NCBI GenBank assembly: GCA_000146465.1
Contig: CP001945.1
DNA: 64,000 bases
Strand: one strand, 5' to 3'
Shown here in pieces: positions 1-11,661 of the stretch. How positions within the stretch are numbered: the stretch's first letter is position 1; each line of letters opens with the position of its first letter. Both the position numbers and the translations under genes were made by a program. The notes under the pieces were generated by a model. It saw only the letters and a list, made by a program, of their open reading frames with translations, did no database searches and was not told where the DNA came from.

Positions 1-2490
<2,490 letters not shown>

Positions 2491-2519
2491 AAAAAAATTC
2501 CCCCCAATCTCTCAAATAC

Positions 2520-3811
2520 TGATCCTGCTGCTGGTTCTCCAACAGCAGCCATGTTACGACTTATATCTTATCTAACACGAAGGACTCAGACCTTCCAATC
2601 TTCGTCCACTGCGTCATCTTAGATAGCGACGGGCGGTGTGTACAAAGGACAGGGACCCATTCAAAACAACTTGTTCAATCGTTATTACTAGGAATTCCAC
2701 GTTCAGAAGCCCATTACACAGCTTCATCCCTCACAGCAGGCTCCCTCGCCATCTATCGTAGTGCGCGTGCCGCCCGCTTCATCTCAGGGCATAACGGACC
2801 TGTTCTGTTCCATTCCTCCCTTGCCCCAAAGAGCACTGTCAAAGGGTCTCACATCTTACGCAACTTAATCCAAAGCTCACGCCATCCATTTCAAACGGCC
2901 ATGCACCACCGCCGCGCGCATCCCGTCCTCGTTCTCCTGCCCGCTTCAGAACCGGTAAGTTGCCCCGCGTTGAGTCAAATTAAGCCGCACACTCCACTCC
3001 TTGTGGTGTCCTTCCGTCAATCTCTTCAAGTTTCACTCTTGCGAGCATACTATCCCCAGAACCCACATACTCAAGATTTCTCATGCACAACACTATATAG
3101 TCCCGTCCAGTCGGCATCGTTTACTGCTAGAACTAAAACGGTATCTAATCGATTTCGATCCTCTAGCCTTCGTCCTTCATCGTCACATAAGTCCAAGAGC
3201 ACAGCCTTCGCTTCTGTCCGTCCAGTCAGGGTCTTCGTATTTCACCCCTCGCCCAACTATCCGGTGCCCCTCGTCCTCTGCCAAACCTCTTACATCCACA
3301 TCAGGACATAATCCCCCAAACAAAGACATACAAAAGACTACGGACTTTTTAACTGCAGCATTCACCATAGACACTATTGGAGCAGGTATTACCGCGGCTG
3401 CTGGCACCCGACTTGCCCTCCAATCAATCTCGACTCCTTTACACTCGAAAAAAACTCACTTCTCATAACCGCCTCCCCAAAGGATTAGGCAAGTTTCGCG
3501 CCTGCTGCCATCCTTGGACGTAGTAGCCATCTCTCAGGCTCCCTCTCCGGAATCAAACCCCGATCCCCCGTCTCCCGTCTCCGCCTAGTTAGGCCATTAC
3601 CCTAACTACCAGCTGATAGGCCTACAACTTACTTGGCTCGTGTCAAAAACACTCCTAGCCCCCTACCTGCAGTTTCCCGCAGTTACAGCTCTCCCGCCAA
3701 CCAAATCATCGTACTATCACTGAGCCGTCCGTCAATCCCCCACAAGGTTCATCAACATGCATGGCTTAGTACCAGAGAATAGCAACCACGTCAGGCAGAA
3801 TCAACCTGGTG
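2520..3811 (-). rRNA. SSU rRNA, complete, about 1292 nt (microsporidian-sized 16S-like)
   Basis: The 5' end CACCAGGTTGATTCTGCCTGAC is the reverse complement of 3790-3811. The 530-loop GGTGCCAGCAGCCGCGGTAAT is the reverse complement of 3385-3405. CCTTTGTACACACCGCCCGTC is the reverse complement of 2629-2649. The 3' end ...AACCAGCAGCAGGATCA ends at 2520. A short ITS (about 2491-2519) follows before the LSU. Confidence 0.9.
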
Positions 3812-3821
3812 CTACCCCCCA

Positions 3822-5003
3822 TCAAAAATCTCTCAGATCCCTCATCAACAAACCCCTGGCCACAGCCACATCAAATCCCAAAAAATCCTCCATCCCCACC
3901 GTCGAACACAAATCTCTCTCAGAGGAGACCAAAACTAATCCAAAACCACTCTCTTTTCCCCTACTTCTTCTCTTTTCCTCTTCCTCTTCTCTTATAAGCT
4001 CCTCGGAATACCTTTCAGATTCTGCTTTCCTTTCTATTTCTTCTATTCTTCTTCTCTTTTCCTCTCTTTCTATGATTCTATCAGCACAAAATTCCGAATC
4101 ATCTTTATGTTCCAAGAATACCTCTTTAACTAGTTCTGCTGCTACTTCTATTCCATATTTGTTGTATACATATATCAGAGAATCATGACTTAAATAGCCA
4201 AGTAACACAATATCACTCCCTTCACGTTTTTTCATGGGACCATCCCCTAAACTAAATTCTATTTTGTCAGAGTATAATCTGTTTAAGCGCATCTTCAGAA
4301 TGAAATGTTCTCTATTCTCTTTTTTTTCCCAAAGATACACACATGCATCATGTACTATATTAAATGCCGAAATCATTAAATTCTGTTGCTCTTTAGTGAG
4401 AATAAGTTTGGCATACTTCTTGACTATCTCTAATTTTTTCTTTTCCTTTTCTTTTTCTTCTTCCGAAGAAGAAGGATCCTTATTTAATTTTTTCGTTTCT
4501 GTTTCTACTTTATCGATAAGACGATTTCCAAATTCATTAAGTAAATGGATGTTCTCCCATGTTATTTTCTTTAATATGAATCCTAGGGTAACTCCTTTGG
4601 ATTTCTCTTTTTTCTTCTTATAAATATCAATCGAATTAAAATATCGGGTCTTATCGCTTTCAATCAAAACTTCTTTAGCTATCTCGCTGTAAACCCATTT
4701 TTTATAAGGAGAAATAGCTACAGGTCCCATACAATCGAATATCAATGAACAAAATCCCATAATAACATCTTCTACATATTCTTTTTCTGTTTCCTTTATT
4801 TCGTCGTACCTTGTTGAAGGAGATGCTATAACTAAGCCATTACGAAACACGAATGGATAAAATATTAATTTGCGATAGTTACCCTCGCATAAGAAACTCT
4901 TCACTGGATTTCTTTTTCTCTCTATGTCTGTTGACGGCCCACTTTCCGAACCACGTAACACATTTAGCAGAGCAAGAAACTTTATTAGCAACATCCTTGC
5001 CAT
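3822..5003 (-). CDS. Hypothetical lineage-specific protein with an N-terminal signal-peptide-like segment and a K/E/R-rich charged C-terminal half. The 3' third overlaps the purine-rich tract immediately upstream of the SSU 5' end.
   Basis: The track ORF 3822-5006 starts on TTG; the first ATG is at 5003 (MARMLLIKFLALLNVL...). No recognisable domain. The C-terminal 60 aa are encoded by a GA-rich stretch that abuts the rRNA start, so the true stop may lie earlier or the ORF may be spurious. Confidence 0.35.
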   Translation of the reverse strand: MARMLLIKFLALLNVLRGSESGPSTDIERKRNPVKSFLCEGNYRKLIFYPFVFRNGLVIASPSTRYDEIKETEKEYVEDVIMGFCSLIFDCMGPVAISPYKKWVYSEIAKEVLIESDKTRYFNSIDIYKKKKEKSKGVTLGFILKKITWENIHLLNEFGNRLIDKVETETKKLNKDPSSSEEEKEKEKKKLEIVKKYAKLILTKEQQNLMISAFNIVHDACVYLWEKKENREHFILKMRLNRLYSDKIEFSLGDGPMKKREGSDIVLLGYLSHDSLIYVYNKYGIEVAAELVKEVFLEHKDDSEFCADRIIEREEKRRRIEEIERKAESERYSEELIREEEEEKRRSRGKESGFGLVLVSSERDLCSTVGMEDFLGFDVAVARGLLMRDLRDF

Positions 5004-5369
5004 CAAAAGGAAACTTCCAATCTGAACTTATAATGTCATCATCCCTTTTACCTTTATAAGGATTCAATCATTAATAAAAATATCGATTCTGATAAGTTCC
5101 TGAAACCACTGTTGGTCAGATAAGGAATATCTCTTGTCAGTCACAGGTAATTACTTCCGCTTACTAATTCTTCTCACTATCCCAAAAAATAAAATAAGAA
5201 TCTTTAGTGTTGTTTGTTATCCATTCCATCTCATATCCCATAAACAGATGTCCCGAACCCAAATCCAGGCACGGTACGAGATGGAACAAGGCGATTCCTT
5301 CCTCTGAATTATGATTCGAGGTCTTTACCCATTACCTAATCACAAAAAATTAGAATTTATTAGGAACCA

Positions 5370-6839
5370 TCAGAAATAAAAGTATGTAGTTGTGGTTCTT
5401 CTCCCTCTTCTTTCTTGGGGAAAGCCAAAACCTGCAAAGTCTCCAAATCCTCGGAAGATTTCCTGGAATGGATCTTCCCCGAACCCTCCTGTCTGCTGTG
5501 GATTGTCTGGATCTATTCCCCCGTCGTACATCTCTCGCTTCTTTTTATCTGTAAGCACCCCGAAGGCTTTATTGAGTTTCTTAAAATTCTCTTCCCATTC
5601 TTTTTCTTCTCCCTCAGTTTTTTTCCTCTTCTTATTTGCAACAACCATCTTTCGATATGCCTTTTTTATCTCTTTTTCTGAAGGCTTTTGGTTTTCTTTG
5701 AATCCAAGTATTTTATAATATCCTAGGAAATCTCCTTTGTTTCTGGACATCCTTTGGCTGCCATCCATGTATCTTCGTTTTTTATATCTTCTTTCTTCCT
5801 TCGCTTTCCTTTCCCTCTCCTTTTCCGCTTTTGCCGTCTCTATCTGATTCCAAATGTGGTTCTTGAGCTTTGTGTTTCGAAACTTAAATTCCTGAAGCTT
5901 TTCCTCGGCTTCGCTTATTTTTCCATCAAAAACTAGTGCCATAATGTACAAATACATTGCATCCTCGCTCTTTCTCTTCGAGTAAAGATACTGCGCTCGG
6001 TTTGTAAGCCCTTTCTCTCCGCTTTCGATCCCATTTTTGCATAACTCCAAGATTACATTCAGCTTCAACGTAGAAAAGATACTTGGAAAAAAGTTGCTAT
6101 CACTCTCTATGAGTGAAATACTTCGTGCCAGAACATCTAGCTTTCTATACTTATCTTTACTACTTAAATTACTCTTCTTCACTCTTTCATAGGAGTCCAA
6201 GATGCTCTTAAACGAAGAAGCTATTCCTTTATATCCCAAGCTTTCTAACTCCTTGATACCCGCCGAAAACATTCCCGTTAAGAAATATAGTTGCATCTCC
6301 TGATGGATAAACTCTGGTTCGCTTGGAAACATAACTCTTGACTTTTTGATGAACTTAGCTGCTTCTTCTAGTTTCTCATCTATTAGGCATACTTGAATGT
6401 ATGCCCTCAAAACAGGCCCCGAATATGGGCTTTCTTTCACTAATGTGGAGATAAGACGGACGTTGCTACTAAGCAATATGGACAAACATTCGCTGGCTCT
6501 TGTGGTCTTTCCTTTCATTTCTTGGTCCTCTCCAAATCTTTTTATTATTTCATCATACTCTCCCCTGGACATAAGAAATTCTGCATACTTTTCTCGGAAA
6601 ACACCGCTGTTCCCAAAGTACTGTGAAATCTCTTTGTATATGGATTCTGCCTTTTTAAGATCTCCGCTCTTCATGCTCAGATCAGCTTTGAATATTTCTC
6701 CTGCTAGGTCTAGTTGTGACTTTACAATTCCTAGAAACAGTCCTAATGCTGCGCTAAGGAGCGTTTTATTTCCTTTTTTTACCATTCCAAGGAAGCCCAA
6801 GGGCTTATCGTTTCTTTTCTTTTGGTCTTGAACCATCAT
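5370..6839 (-). CDS. TPR-repeat protein with a C-terminal DnaJ-like J domain (DNAJC7/p58IPK-like)
   Basis: Several TPR-like helical repeats. C-terminal YYKILGF...EIKKAYRKMVV...FKKLNKAFGVLTDKKKREMYD matches J-domain helices II-IV, but the HPD tripeptide is replaced (ANKKRKK). ATG start confirmed at 6839. Confidence 0.75.
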   Translation of the reverse strand: MMVQDQKKRNDKPLGFLGMVKKGNKTLLSAALGLFLGIVKSQLDLAGEIFKADLSMKSGDLKKAESIYKEISQYFGNSGVFREKYAEFLMSRGEYDEIIKRFGEDQEMKGKTTRASECLSILLSSNVRLISTLVKESPYSGPVLRAYIQVCLIDEKLEEAAKFIKKSRVMFPSEPEFIHQEMQLYFLTGMFSAGIKELESLGYKGIASSFKSILDSYERVKKSNLSSKDKYRKLDVLARSISLIESDSNFFPSIFSTLKLNVILELCKNGIESGEKGLTNRAQYLYSKRKSEDAMYLYIMALVFDGKISEAEEKLQEFKFRNTKLKNHIWNQIETAKAEKERERKAKEERRYKKRRYMDGSQRMSRNKGDFLGYYKILGFKENQKPSEKEIKKAYRKMVVANKKRKKTEGEEKEWEENFKKLNKAFGVLTDKKKREMYDGGIDPDNPQQTGGFGEDPFQEIFRGFGDFAGFGFPQERRGRRTTTTYFYF

Positions 6840-7185
6840 TTAAGGATATCGTCTTTGCAACTTTTATTACTAACCAAGCCCTCTTTATTTATTTCCCCTC
6901 TACCAAGCCACCACTTTTTATATTTCTCTTTACCCACTTCCTCATCTCTCGATAGGAATAGGTTATGAGCAATACTATAAAAAGGATCCCTAGGTATTTA
7001 ACTACACCGTCTGGGTTCATGATTTCCATCTCTCTTCTGGGGAACAAGCTCATTTTGTTTACTGATGTATCATCAATTTAATCGGATCTTTAAAACAAAT
7101 CAGCAACTGCGATGGTACAGTTCTTTTCTCCTTGGATCTATAACCTCTGGATCTAGAGACAAATCGGGGAAAAAATTTACCCCTG

Positions 7186-7386
7186 ATGACCTTTGAAGTT
7201 CTTTTCGACATACCTGTGAAGAAGAACGAACAGAGCGGACCTCACTCGCACAGAAAGCCTTTTGGGAAAGGATCGAGAAGTTGTGTGTCCTGTTACACGT
7301 TCCGTGGCATAATAAGAAAGCTAATGATGTGTAGGCGATGTTTCAGAGAATACGCCAAGGATATAGGATTCGTAATTCTCGATTAG
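7186..7386 (+). CDS. RPS29: 40S ribosomal protein S29 (uS14), zinc-finger type
   Basis: [45 protein letters not shown] aligns with eukaryotic S29 (HPRKFGQGSRSCRVC...MCRQCFRQYAKDIGFIKLD). ATG at 7186. Confidence 0.8.
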   Translation: MTFEVLFDIPVKKNEQSGPHSHRKPFGKGSRSCVSCYTFRGIIRKLMMCRRCFREYAKDIGFVILD

Positions 7387-7400
7387 GATATTAAAGACCT

Positions 7401-8096
7401 TTATTTCATCTTGCCCGTTTTGAGTGTGTCTTGGGCTTTTTGAGCCGCCCTTCGCTTTGGAAGTTTGATTCTTGGATATTTGGCTCTCTCCTTCTTCTGC
7501 TTCTTCTGAGAAAAGGGAGGCAGAGAAAGTATATACTGGACAAAAGGCCCAAGGGCAATGAGAAAAACCACCACCATCATGGTGTAGTCTGGAAGACGAT
7601 ACAGCCTCCCTAAGCCCAAGCCCAAAATCAAGATGAATATTTCCCCCACCTTGTCTCCTGTAACCTTCATTTTCTTGTTAAAAAGCAGCTTCTGCACGAG
7701 AACTCCGGACATCTCCAAAGCCATCAACCATCCCACAATCAAATGGAAAGGTTTGTTGTTATTTTTAAGAGAAATGAGCATAAAGCCCTTACCCATCACA
7801 GGGAATATGGCACTTGATATCCACAGAAATCTTGTCTGGGAGAGTATTGAAAAGATAATCATCCCGACAAAATACGATATGAGCGACTCCTTTGACAGTT
7901 CTGCCTGCTTATAGACTATGTTTGCACATAATCCCGGGCCAAAGAAGTTCACAAATCCAGGAAGAATGAGATCTGACAGCGTTGCATCTATTCCGTTTTC
8001 CACTAATTCATAGCTCGACTGAATGACACATCCTGCTGTGACCACGGGCTGTAGATCTTCTAGTTTTTGCGTGAGGATTTTGCTTGACATTGTCAT
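7401..8096 (-). CDS. Hypothetical multi-pass membrane protein with a K/R-rich C-terminal tail
   Basis: 231 aa with 3-4 predicted TM helices (FVGMIIFSILS, LIVGWLMALEMSGVL, IFILILGLGLG, MMVVVFLIALGPFVQYIL). ATG at 8096. No confident family assignment. Confidence 0.5.
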   Translation of the reverse strand: MTMSSKILTQKLEDLQPVVTAGCVIQSSYELVENGIDATLSDLILPGFVNFFGPGLCANIVYKQAELSKESLISYFVGMIIFSILSQTRFLWISSAIFPVMGKGFMLISLKNNNKPFHLIVGWLMALEMSGVLVQKLLFNKKMKVTGDKVGEIFILILGLGLGRLYRLPDYTMMVVVFLIALGPFVQYILSLPPFSQKKQKKERAKYPRIKLPKRRAAQKAQDTLKTGKMK

Positions 8097-8218
8097 GTTA
8101 GGGTTGTTTTGGATAAAACAAAGGTATATTGATAAAACTAACCTGAAACCCTATTATTTATAGAAAGTAAATAACAAAGCTTTGTAAGGCTTCTAGGCCA
8201 TAAAATAAATAAAATGCT

Positions 8219-8788
8219 TTAACGATTGGATTGGGCTATTCTTTCGATCTCCTTCTTTTTGTTGACTGCATAGGAGTTCTGTGAACCTGTAGAGGCCGCA
8301 ATTAGTTCATTGGCAATTGCTTCTGCCAGTGTTATTCTGTTTCTGAACGATGCACTTCTAATTCCAGCAGAGATATTAGATATTGCTATGCTTATTCGCT
8401 TCAGGGGAGAAACATCTACGGATGTCCTTCTCATAGACCCTGCTCTGCCAATTCTTGCTGTGTCCTCTCGGGGTCCGGCGTTGATTATGGCATCCACCAG
8501 AACCTGAAGGGGGTTTTTCTTTGTCATGGAATGAATTATGAAACAAGCATCCTCAAATATATTGATTGCAAGTCTCTTCTTCCCGCTGTTTCTTCCATGT
8601 CTCATAAGAGAGCATACAAATCTCTCTGCAATGGGAATTCTTGCCTTCCCCATCGTCCCCTTTGTGATAGTTGTAGTTGCATGTGGAACTATTCCGTGGC
8701 GAGACAAGTTTATATAAGGCTTTAGAGACAAATTCTCTACCTTGACCTCATCGTAGCTATACTTTTCAAATAGCTTTATCTCTGACAT
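8219..8788 (-). CDS. RPS5: 40S ribosomal protein S5 (uS7)
   Basis: [14 protein letters not shown]...[13 protein letters not shown]...[40 protein letters not shown]...ASFRN...[31 protein letters not shown] is near-identical in pattern to eukaryotic S5. The track ORF starts on TTG at 8890. ATG candidates are 8827 and 8788; 8788 is preferred because it is preceded by AAAAAATTTTACCCTCAGGGA. Confidence 0.85.
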   Translation of the reverse strand: MSEIKLFEKYSYDEVKVENLSLKPYINLSRHGIVPHATTTITKGTMGKARIPIAERFVCSLMRHGRNSGKKRLAINIFEDACFIIHSMTKKNPLQVLVDAIINAGPREDTARIGRAGSMRRTSVDVSPLKRISIAISNISAGIRSASFRNRITLAEAIANELIAASTGSQNSYAVNKKKEIERIAQSNR

Positions 8789-8809
8789 TCCCTGAGGGTA
8801 AAATTTTTT

Positions 8810-9160
8810 ATGATTTTTATAGGACATTCCTTCGATTTCGAATTTACAACGAAGACTTCTAATCCAATAAGATGTGCATTTGGAAAGCAATTCTTCATGC
8901 TTCTATTTTCAGATAACACTGGAATGTACAAAGGATCGACCCATCACGTATGCTTCGTCGTCCCAGTGCACTACCCGTCATTTGTCAGGTCGTTGTTGAA
9001 ACCCAAACACTTGTCCCTGAAGGAAAGTGTAGATTATCTGTTCAAGTTCAAAACTCCAGAAGATAGAAATAGATTTACTCTTTATGTTGGTAGCATATCC
9101 AACACTTGTTTTGAGATTATAAAGGAACTAGGCCCTGCCAGAAAAGTCTCAAAGAAGTAA
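8810..9160 (+). CDS. Possible small hypothetical protein (116 aa)
   Basis: ATG-initiated ORF in the S5 to small-acidic-ORF spacer with a K-rich C-terminus and no recognisable family. It could be spurious. Confidence 0.2.
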   Translation: MIFIGHSFDFEFTTKTSNPIRCAFGKQFFMLLFSDNTGMYKGSTHHVCFVVPVHYPSFVRSLLKPKHLSLKESVDYLFKFKTPEDRNRFTLYVGSISNTCFEIIKELGPARKVSKK

Positions 9161-9219
9161 AATACCATAGTGCTCTTAGTTTACAAAAAAACTTCCCTGC
9201 TCTGCCTTTGTATCCAATT

Positions 9220-9387
9220 CTAATCCTTTTTGAGCTCTTCGAGATTTTGAAATATTCCATTATAGGATAGAATAAACTCTTCTATCGGCTTTATTTCAGG
9301 TATCTTATGGTTGTTCATTGCCAGTTTAATATCTGCTTCCATTTCGGCCTCGTTTATCTTATCAAACAAACTTTCGTCTTCTTCCAT
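9220..9387 (-). CDS. Possible small acidic protein (about 55 aa from the first ATG)
   Basis: The track ORF starts on TTG; the first ATG is at 9387 (MEEDESLFDKINEAEMEAD...). No family recognised. Confidence 0.2.
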   Translation of the reverse strand: MEEDESLFDKINEAEMEADIKLAMNNHKIPEIKPIEEFILSYNGIFQNLEELKKD

Positions 9388-9453
9388 GGATTGTTTGAAC
9401 GAAAAATATTTGGGTTCCCCGCTTGACTCATCCAACAAAACGACCCCCTTCCG

Positions 9454-9732
9454 ATGGAGGTCTTGAAGATTACGTCCACATGCCTTTTTGTTGTAGGTCT
9501 TGGTGTTCCAAAATACTTTAGAAACAAAGCCTTAGTACTGTTTGTATCCACCTTTATGGCCGTGGCTCTATTTTACATTGGATTTGGAAAAGAAATTCTT
9601 AATTTCATCATCAATAGAAATATTGGGGTCCTCAGTATAGGATTTGCTTGCTTCAATTTGGCTGCACTCTTTATGGGATGCTGGCTCTCATGTATAATCC
9701 ACGAAACCATCTCGGCTTTGTGTTCCTTCTAG
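9454..9732 (+). CDS. Possible small hydrophobic membrane protein (92 aa). It could alternatively be a 5' exon or frameshifted start of the downstream RRM gene.
   Basis: True ATG at 9454 preceded by CCCCC. Encodes 2-3 hydrophobic helices. The strand is T-rich here, so it may be spurious. Confidence 0.25.
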   Translation: MEVLKITSTCLFVVGLGVPKYFRNKALVLFVSTFMAVALFYIGFGKEILNFIINRNIGVLSIGFACFNLAALFMGCWLSCIIHETISALCSF

Positions 9733-9791
9733 AAAGATATCATTTAAGTTACGAAAATACTTTGCCTCCAGAAACAATTGCCGTTATCCCT

Positions 9792-10265
9792 ATGCACGGC
9801 AAAAATAAAGGAATCGCAATATCAAATATACATCCAAGAATAAGGCTGAAGGACATAATAGATATATTCTCCGTCTTTGGAAATGTAATTGGATTCCAAG
9901 TACTCAAGGAAGGATTTGCTTTGAAGTTTGAATCGTTTCCCGAGAAATCTTTATCCATGGACAATTTTCCTTTGGTGCACAAAAGAATGAAGGTTAGGCT
10001 TATTGAATTGGCTGATGACTACGATACCTTCCAAAGGGGGACCGTTGTTATGTTTAACCCTTCTTTAGATGTAGACGAAATAAGAGATGAGTGCTGTATG
10101 TTTGGTTGTGTAACCGAGGTGATAAGAAAGCAGAATGGAATATATGTTATTTGTAGTTCGGAAGCTGATGGGGAGAGTATATTTATGAACATGTATGGAA
10201 GATACTACAACAAAGAAAGAATAAGATGCTGGATAACTGACGAAAAAAGCCTATTGGGAGAATAA
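9792..10265 (+). CDS. RRM-domain protein with a C-terminal UHM-like motif (U2AF65/PUF60/SPF45-like splicing-factor architecture)
   Basis: An RNP-like KGIAISNI...GFALKFES fold, followed by a C-terminal ...NMYGRYYNKERIRCWITD matching the UHM R-X-F pocket motif. The track ORF starts on TTG at 9648. ATG candidates are 9678 and 9792; 9792 is preferred because it is preceded by CCC. Confidence 0.55.
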   Translation: MHGKNKGIAISNIHPRIRLKDIIDIFSVFGNVIGFQVLKEGFALKFESFPEKSLSMDNFPLVHKRMKVRLIELADDYDTFQRGTVVMFNPSLDVDEIRDECCMFGCVTEVIRKQNGIYVICSSEADGESIFMNMYGRYYNKERIRCWITDEKSLLGE

Positions 10266-10370
10266 ATGTCGTTTCTTATAAACTTGATTTCTTCTCTCAA
10301 CACTGAGGCGGGAATTGAGGGCCGCTTCCTCTTGTCCCATTATTTCTATAATTGATGGAGAGGAAAAAAG

Positions 10371-10444
10371 TACCCAGCGTGGGACTCGAACCCACAACCT
10401 ATAGATTAAGAGTCTATCGCTCTATCCTGTTGAGCTAGCCAGGC
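10371..10444 (-). tRNA. tRNA-Lys (anticodon CTT)
   Basis: The reverse complement GCCTGGCTAGCTCAACAGGATAGAGCGATAGACTCTTAATCTATAGGTTGTGGGTTCGAGTCCCACGCTGGGTA folds as a cloverleaf with anticodon loop CTCTTAA and T-loop GGTTCGAGTCC. A T6 run follows immediately downstream on the coding strand, consistent with a Pol III terminator. Confidence 0.85.
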
Positions 10445-10589
10445 TTGCCATGTCCCCTCTATCGTTTCATCTATTCTTAAACATCTACGCAATTGCCTTT
10501 GTTTGTCATTATATCCAAATTTCCAACTATTCCTTTCTTGTATAATAAATTAAAACAATTACTTTATAAAAGCTTTGATACTCGTCCTC

Positions 10590-11576
10590 ATGAAAATAAT
10601 GTTATGGACATTGGGAACACTTCTGATTACTATCGCTGCATTAAACCCAGACCAAATCGATCTATCCATCTCCAGGGTTAACAACACAACATACAGGACT
10701 CTTGAAAAGCTTGTTTCGAAAGACTCGTACTCTCTTGTCAAAACCAAAGATCTTGGTGAGTTTTCTTCTCCATCAAAATGCACCCTACTTTCCTGCCTCA
10801 TAAAGAAAAGTTCCATCTTTAACGAAGAGTACATAAACCTTCTGGAAGTTAAGGAGGCATATACAGGTTACAAGACAAATGACGGATCTGCAGAAACATG
10901 GAGGAAAATATGGGAAATCTCTGGGGAAGACTCCTTGCTTCCAACCTTGGTAAGCGGGCTTCAATTTTCGATATTCACTCACCTGTCTTCTTTCCACAAG
11001 AAGTTCTTTACAGTCTATTTTCCAAATCCCGCTCTCTTCCATAAAAAGTTCCAGGACAAACATCGTCTAAACTTCTATCTGACCTATCTTCTTCTAAGGA
11101 ATTGTGTCGGAGGCATAGATATGGACTGCCCGGAAATGGATAAAGATCTCTTGGATGTAGTCCAAACCATAAGAGCTCAGGGCTCTACAAATTGGGTTAG
11201 GCAGACTTTGGATTTGGAGAAAACAATACAAAGAGTTGACAAAATGATCGACCTTTTGAAGAACATAAACTGTGAAAAATGCCAGCTGTGGGGTACAATC
11301 CAACTCAAAGGTCTTAGGGCGGCACTGAAGGTGTTTTCCGGATCCAGCAACCTGGATAACCTTGAAAGATTCTTCCTTGCCAATCTCTTTATGAGGCTCT
11401 CTGTTTCTGTTAGGGAGAACATTAAGCTTAGAAGATATAAGTTTCCTCTTCTTGTATCAGTCTCTCTTTACTGGATGGAAATTCTTTCCTTTGCAACTTC
11501 TTTTTTAATCATCCTTCTGGTATCAAGAGTTAGAAACAAGTTCAAGAGTAAAATTGCTCTCAAGAGCTGTATGTAA
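10590..11576 (+). CDS. ERO1: Endoplasmic reticulum oxidoreductin 1 (ERO1)
   Basis: Signal peptide MKIMLWTLGTLLITIAAL, and the active-site motif NCEKCQLWGTIQLKGLRAALKVF (Ero1 C-X-X-C...LWG...GLGTALKIL). The track ORF starts on TTG; ATG at 10590. Confidence 0.8.
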   Translation: MKIMLWTLGTLLITIAALNPDQIDLSISRVNNTTYRTLEKLVSKDSYSLVKTKDLGEFSSPSKCTLLSCLIKKSSIFNEEYINLLEVKEAYTGYKTNDGSAETWRKIWEISGEDSLLPTLVSGLQFSIFTHLSSFHKKFFTVYFPNPALFHKKFQDKHRLNFYLTYLLLRNCVGGIDMDCPEMDKDLLDVVQTIRAQGSTNWVRQTLDLEKTIQRVDKMIDLLKNINCEKCQLWGTIQLKGLRAALKVFSGSSNLDNLERFFLANLFMRLSVSVRENIKLRRYKFPLLVSVSLYWMEILSFATSFLIILLVSRVRNKFKSKIALKSCM

Positions 11577-11661
11577 ATTGAACATTAAACTGTCCATCAC
11601 TTGGTAAACACACAAGACAGTAACGACTCAAAATATAAAAAACCGGTTTAATCCAACCCTT

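Noticed and set aside
3757-4188. 143-aa plus-strand ORF (Ser/Leu-rich) opposite the gene that abuts the rDNA
   Set aside because: It is the pyrimidine-rich complement of the GA tract upstream of the SSU. Its composition is purely low-complexity and it has no start context, so it is an antisense or spacer artefact.
6397-6831. Long antisense ORFs nested in confident genes (for example 6397-6831 opposite DnaJ, 49438-49977 and 50386-50868 opposite HECT, 30020-30424 opposite TOP2, 12750-13001 opposite the KH gene)
   Set aside because: Their composition is that of codon-position 3 and frame -1 shadows (S/L/F-rich). There is no homology, and each overlaps a well-supported homolog-bearing CDS.
8890-8890. 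Taking the ORF-track start coordinates at face value
   Set aside because: Many track ORFs begin on TTG/GTG (for example 8890, 10575, 29122, 40125, 46158, 52990, 58938, 60463, 63951). These were re-anchored to the first in-frame ATG with CCC/GGG context, so the feature coordinates here differ from the track for those genes.
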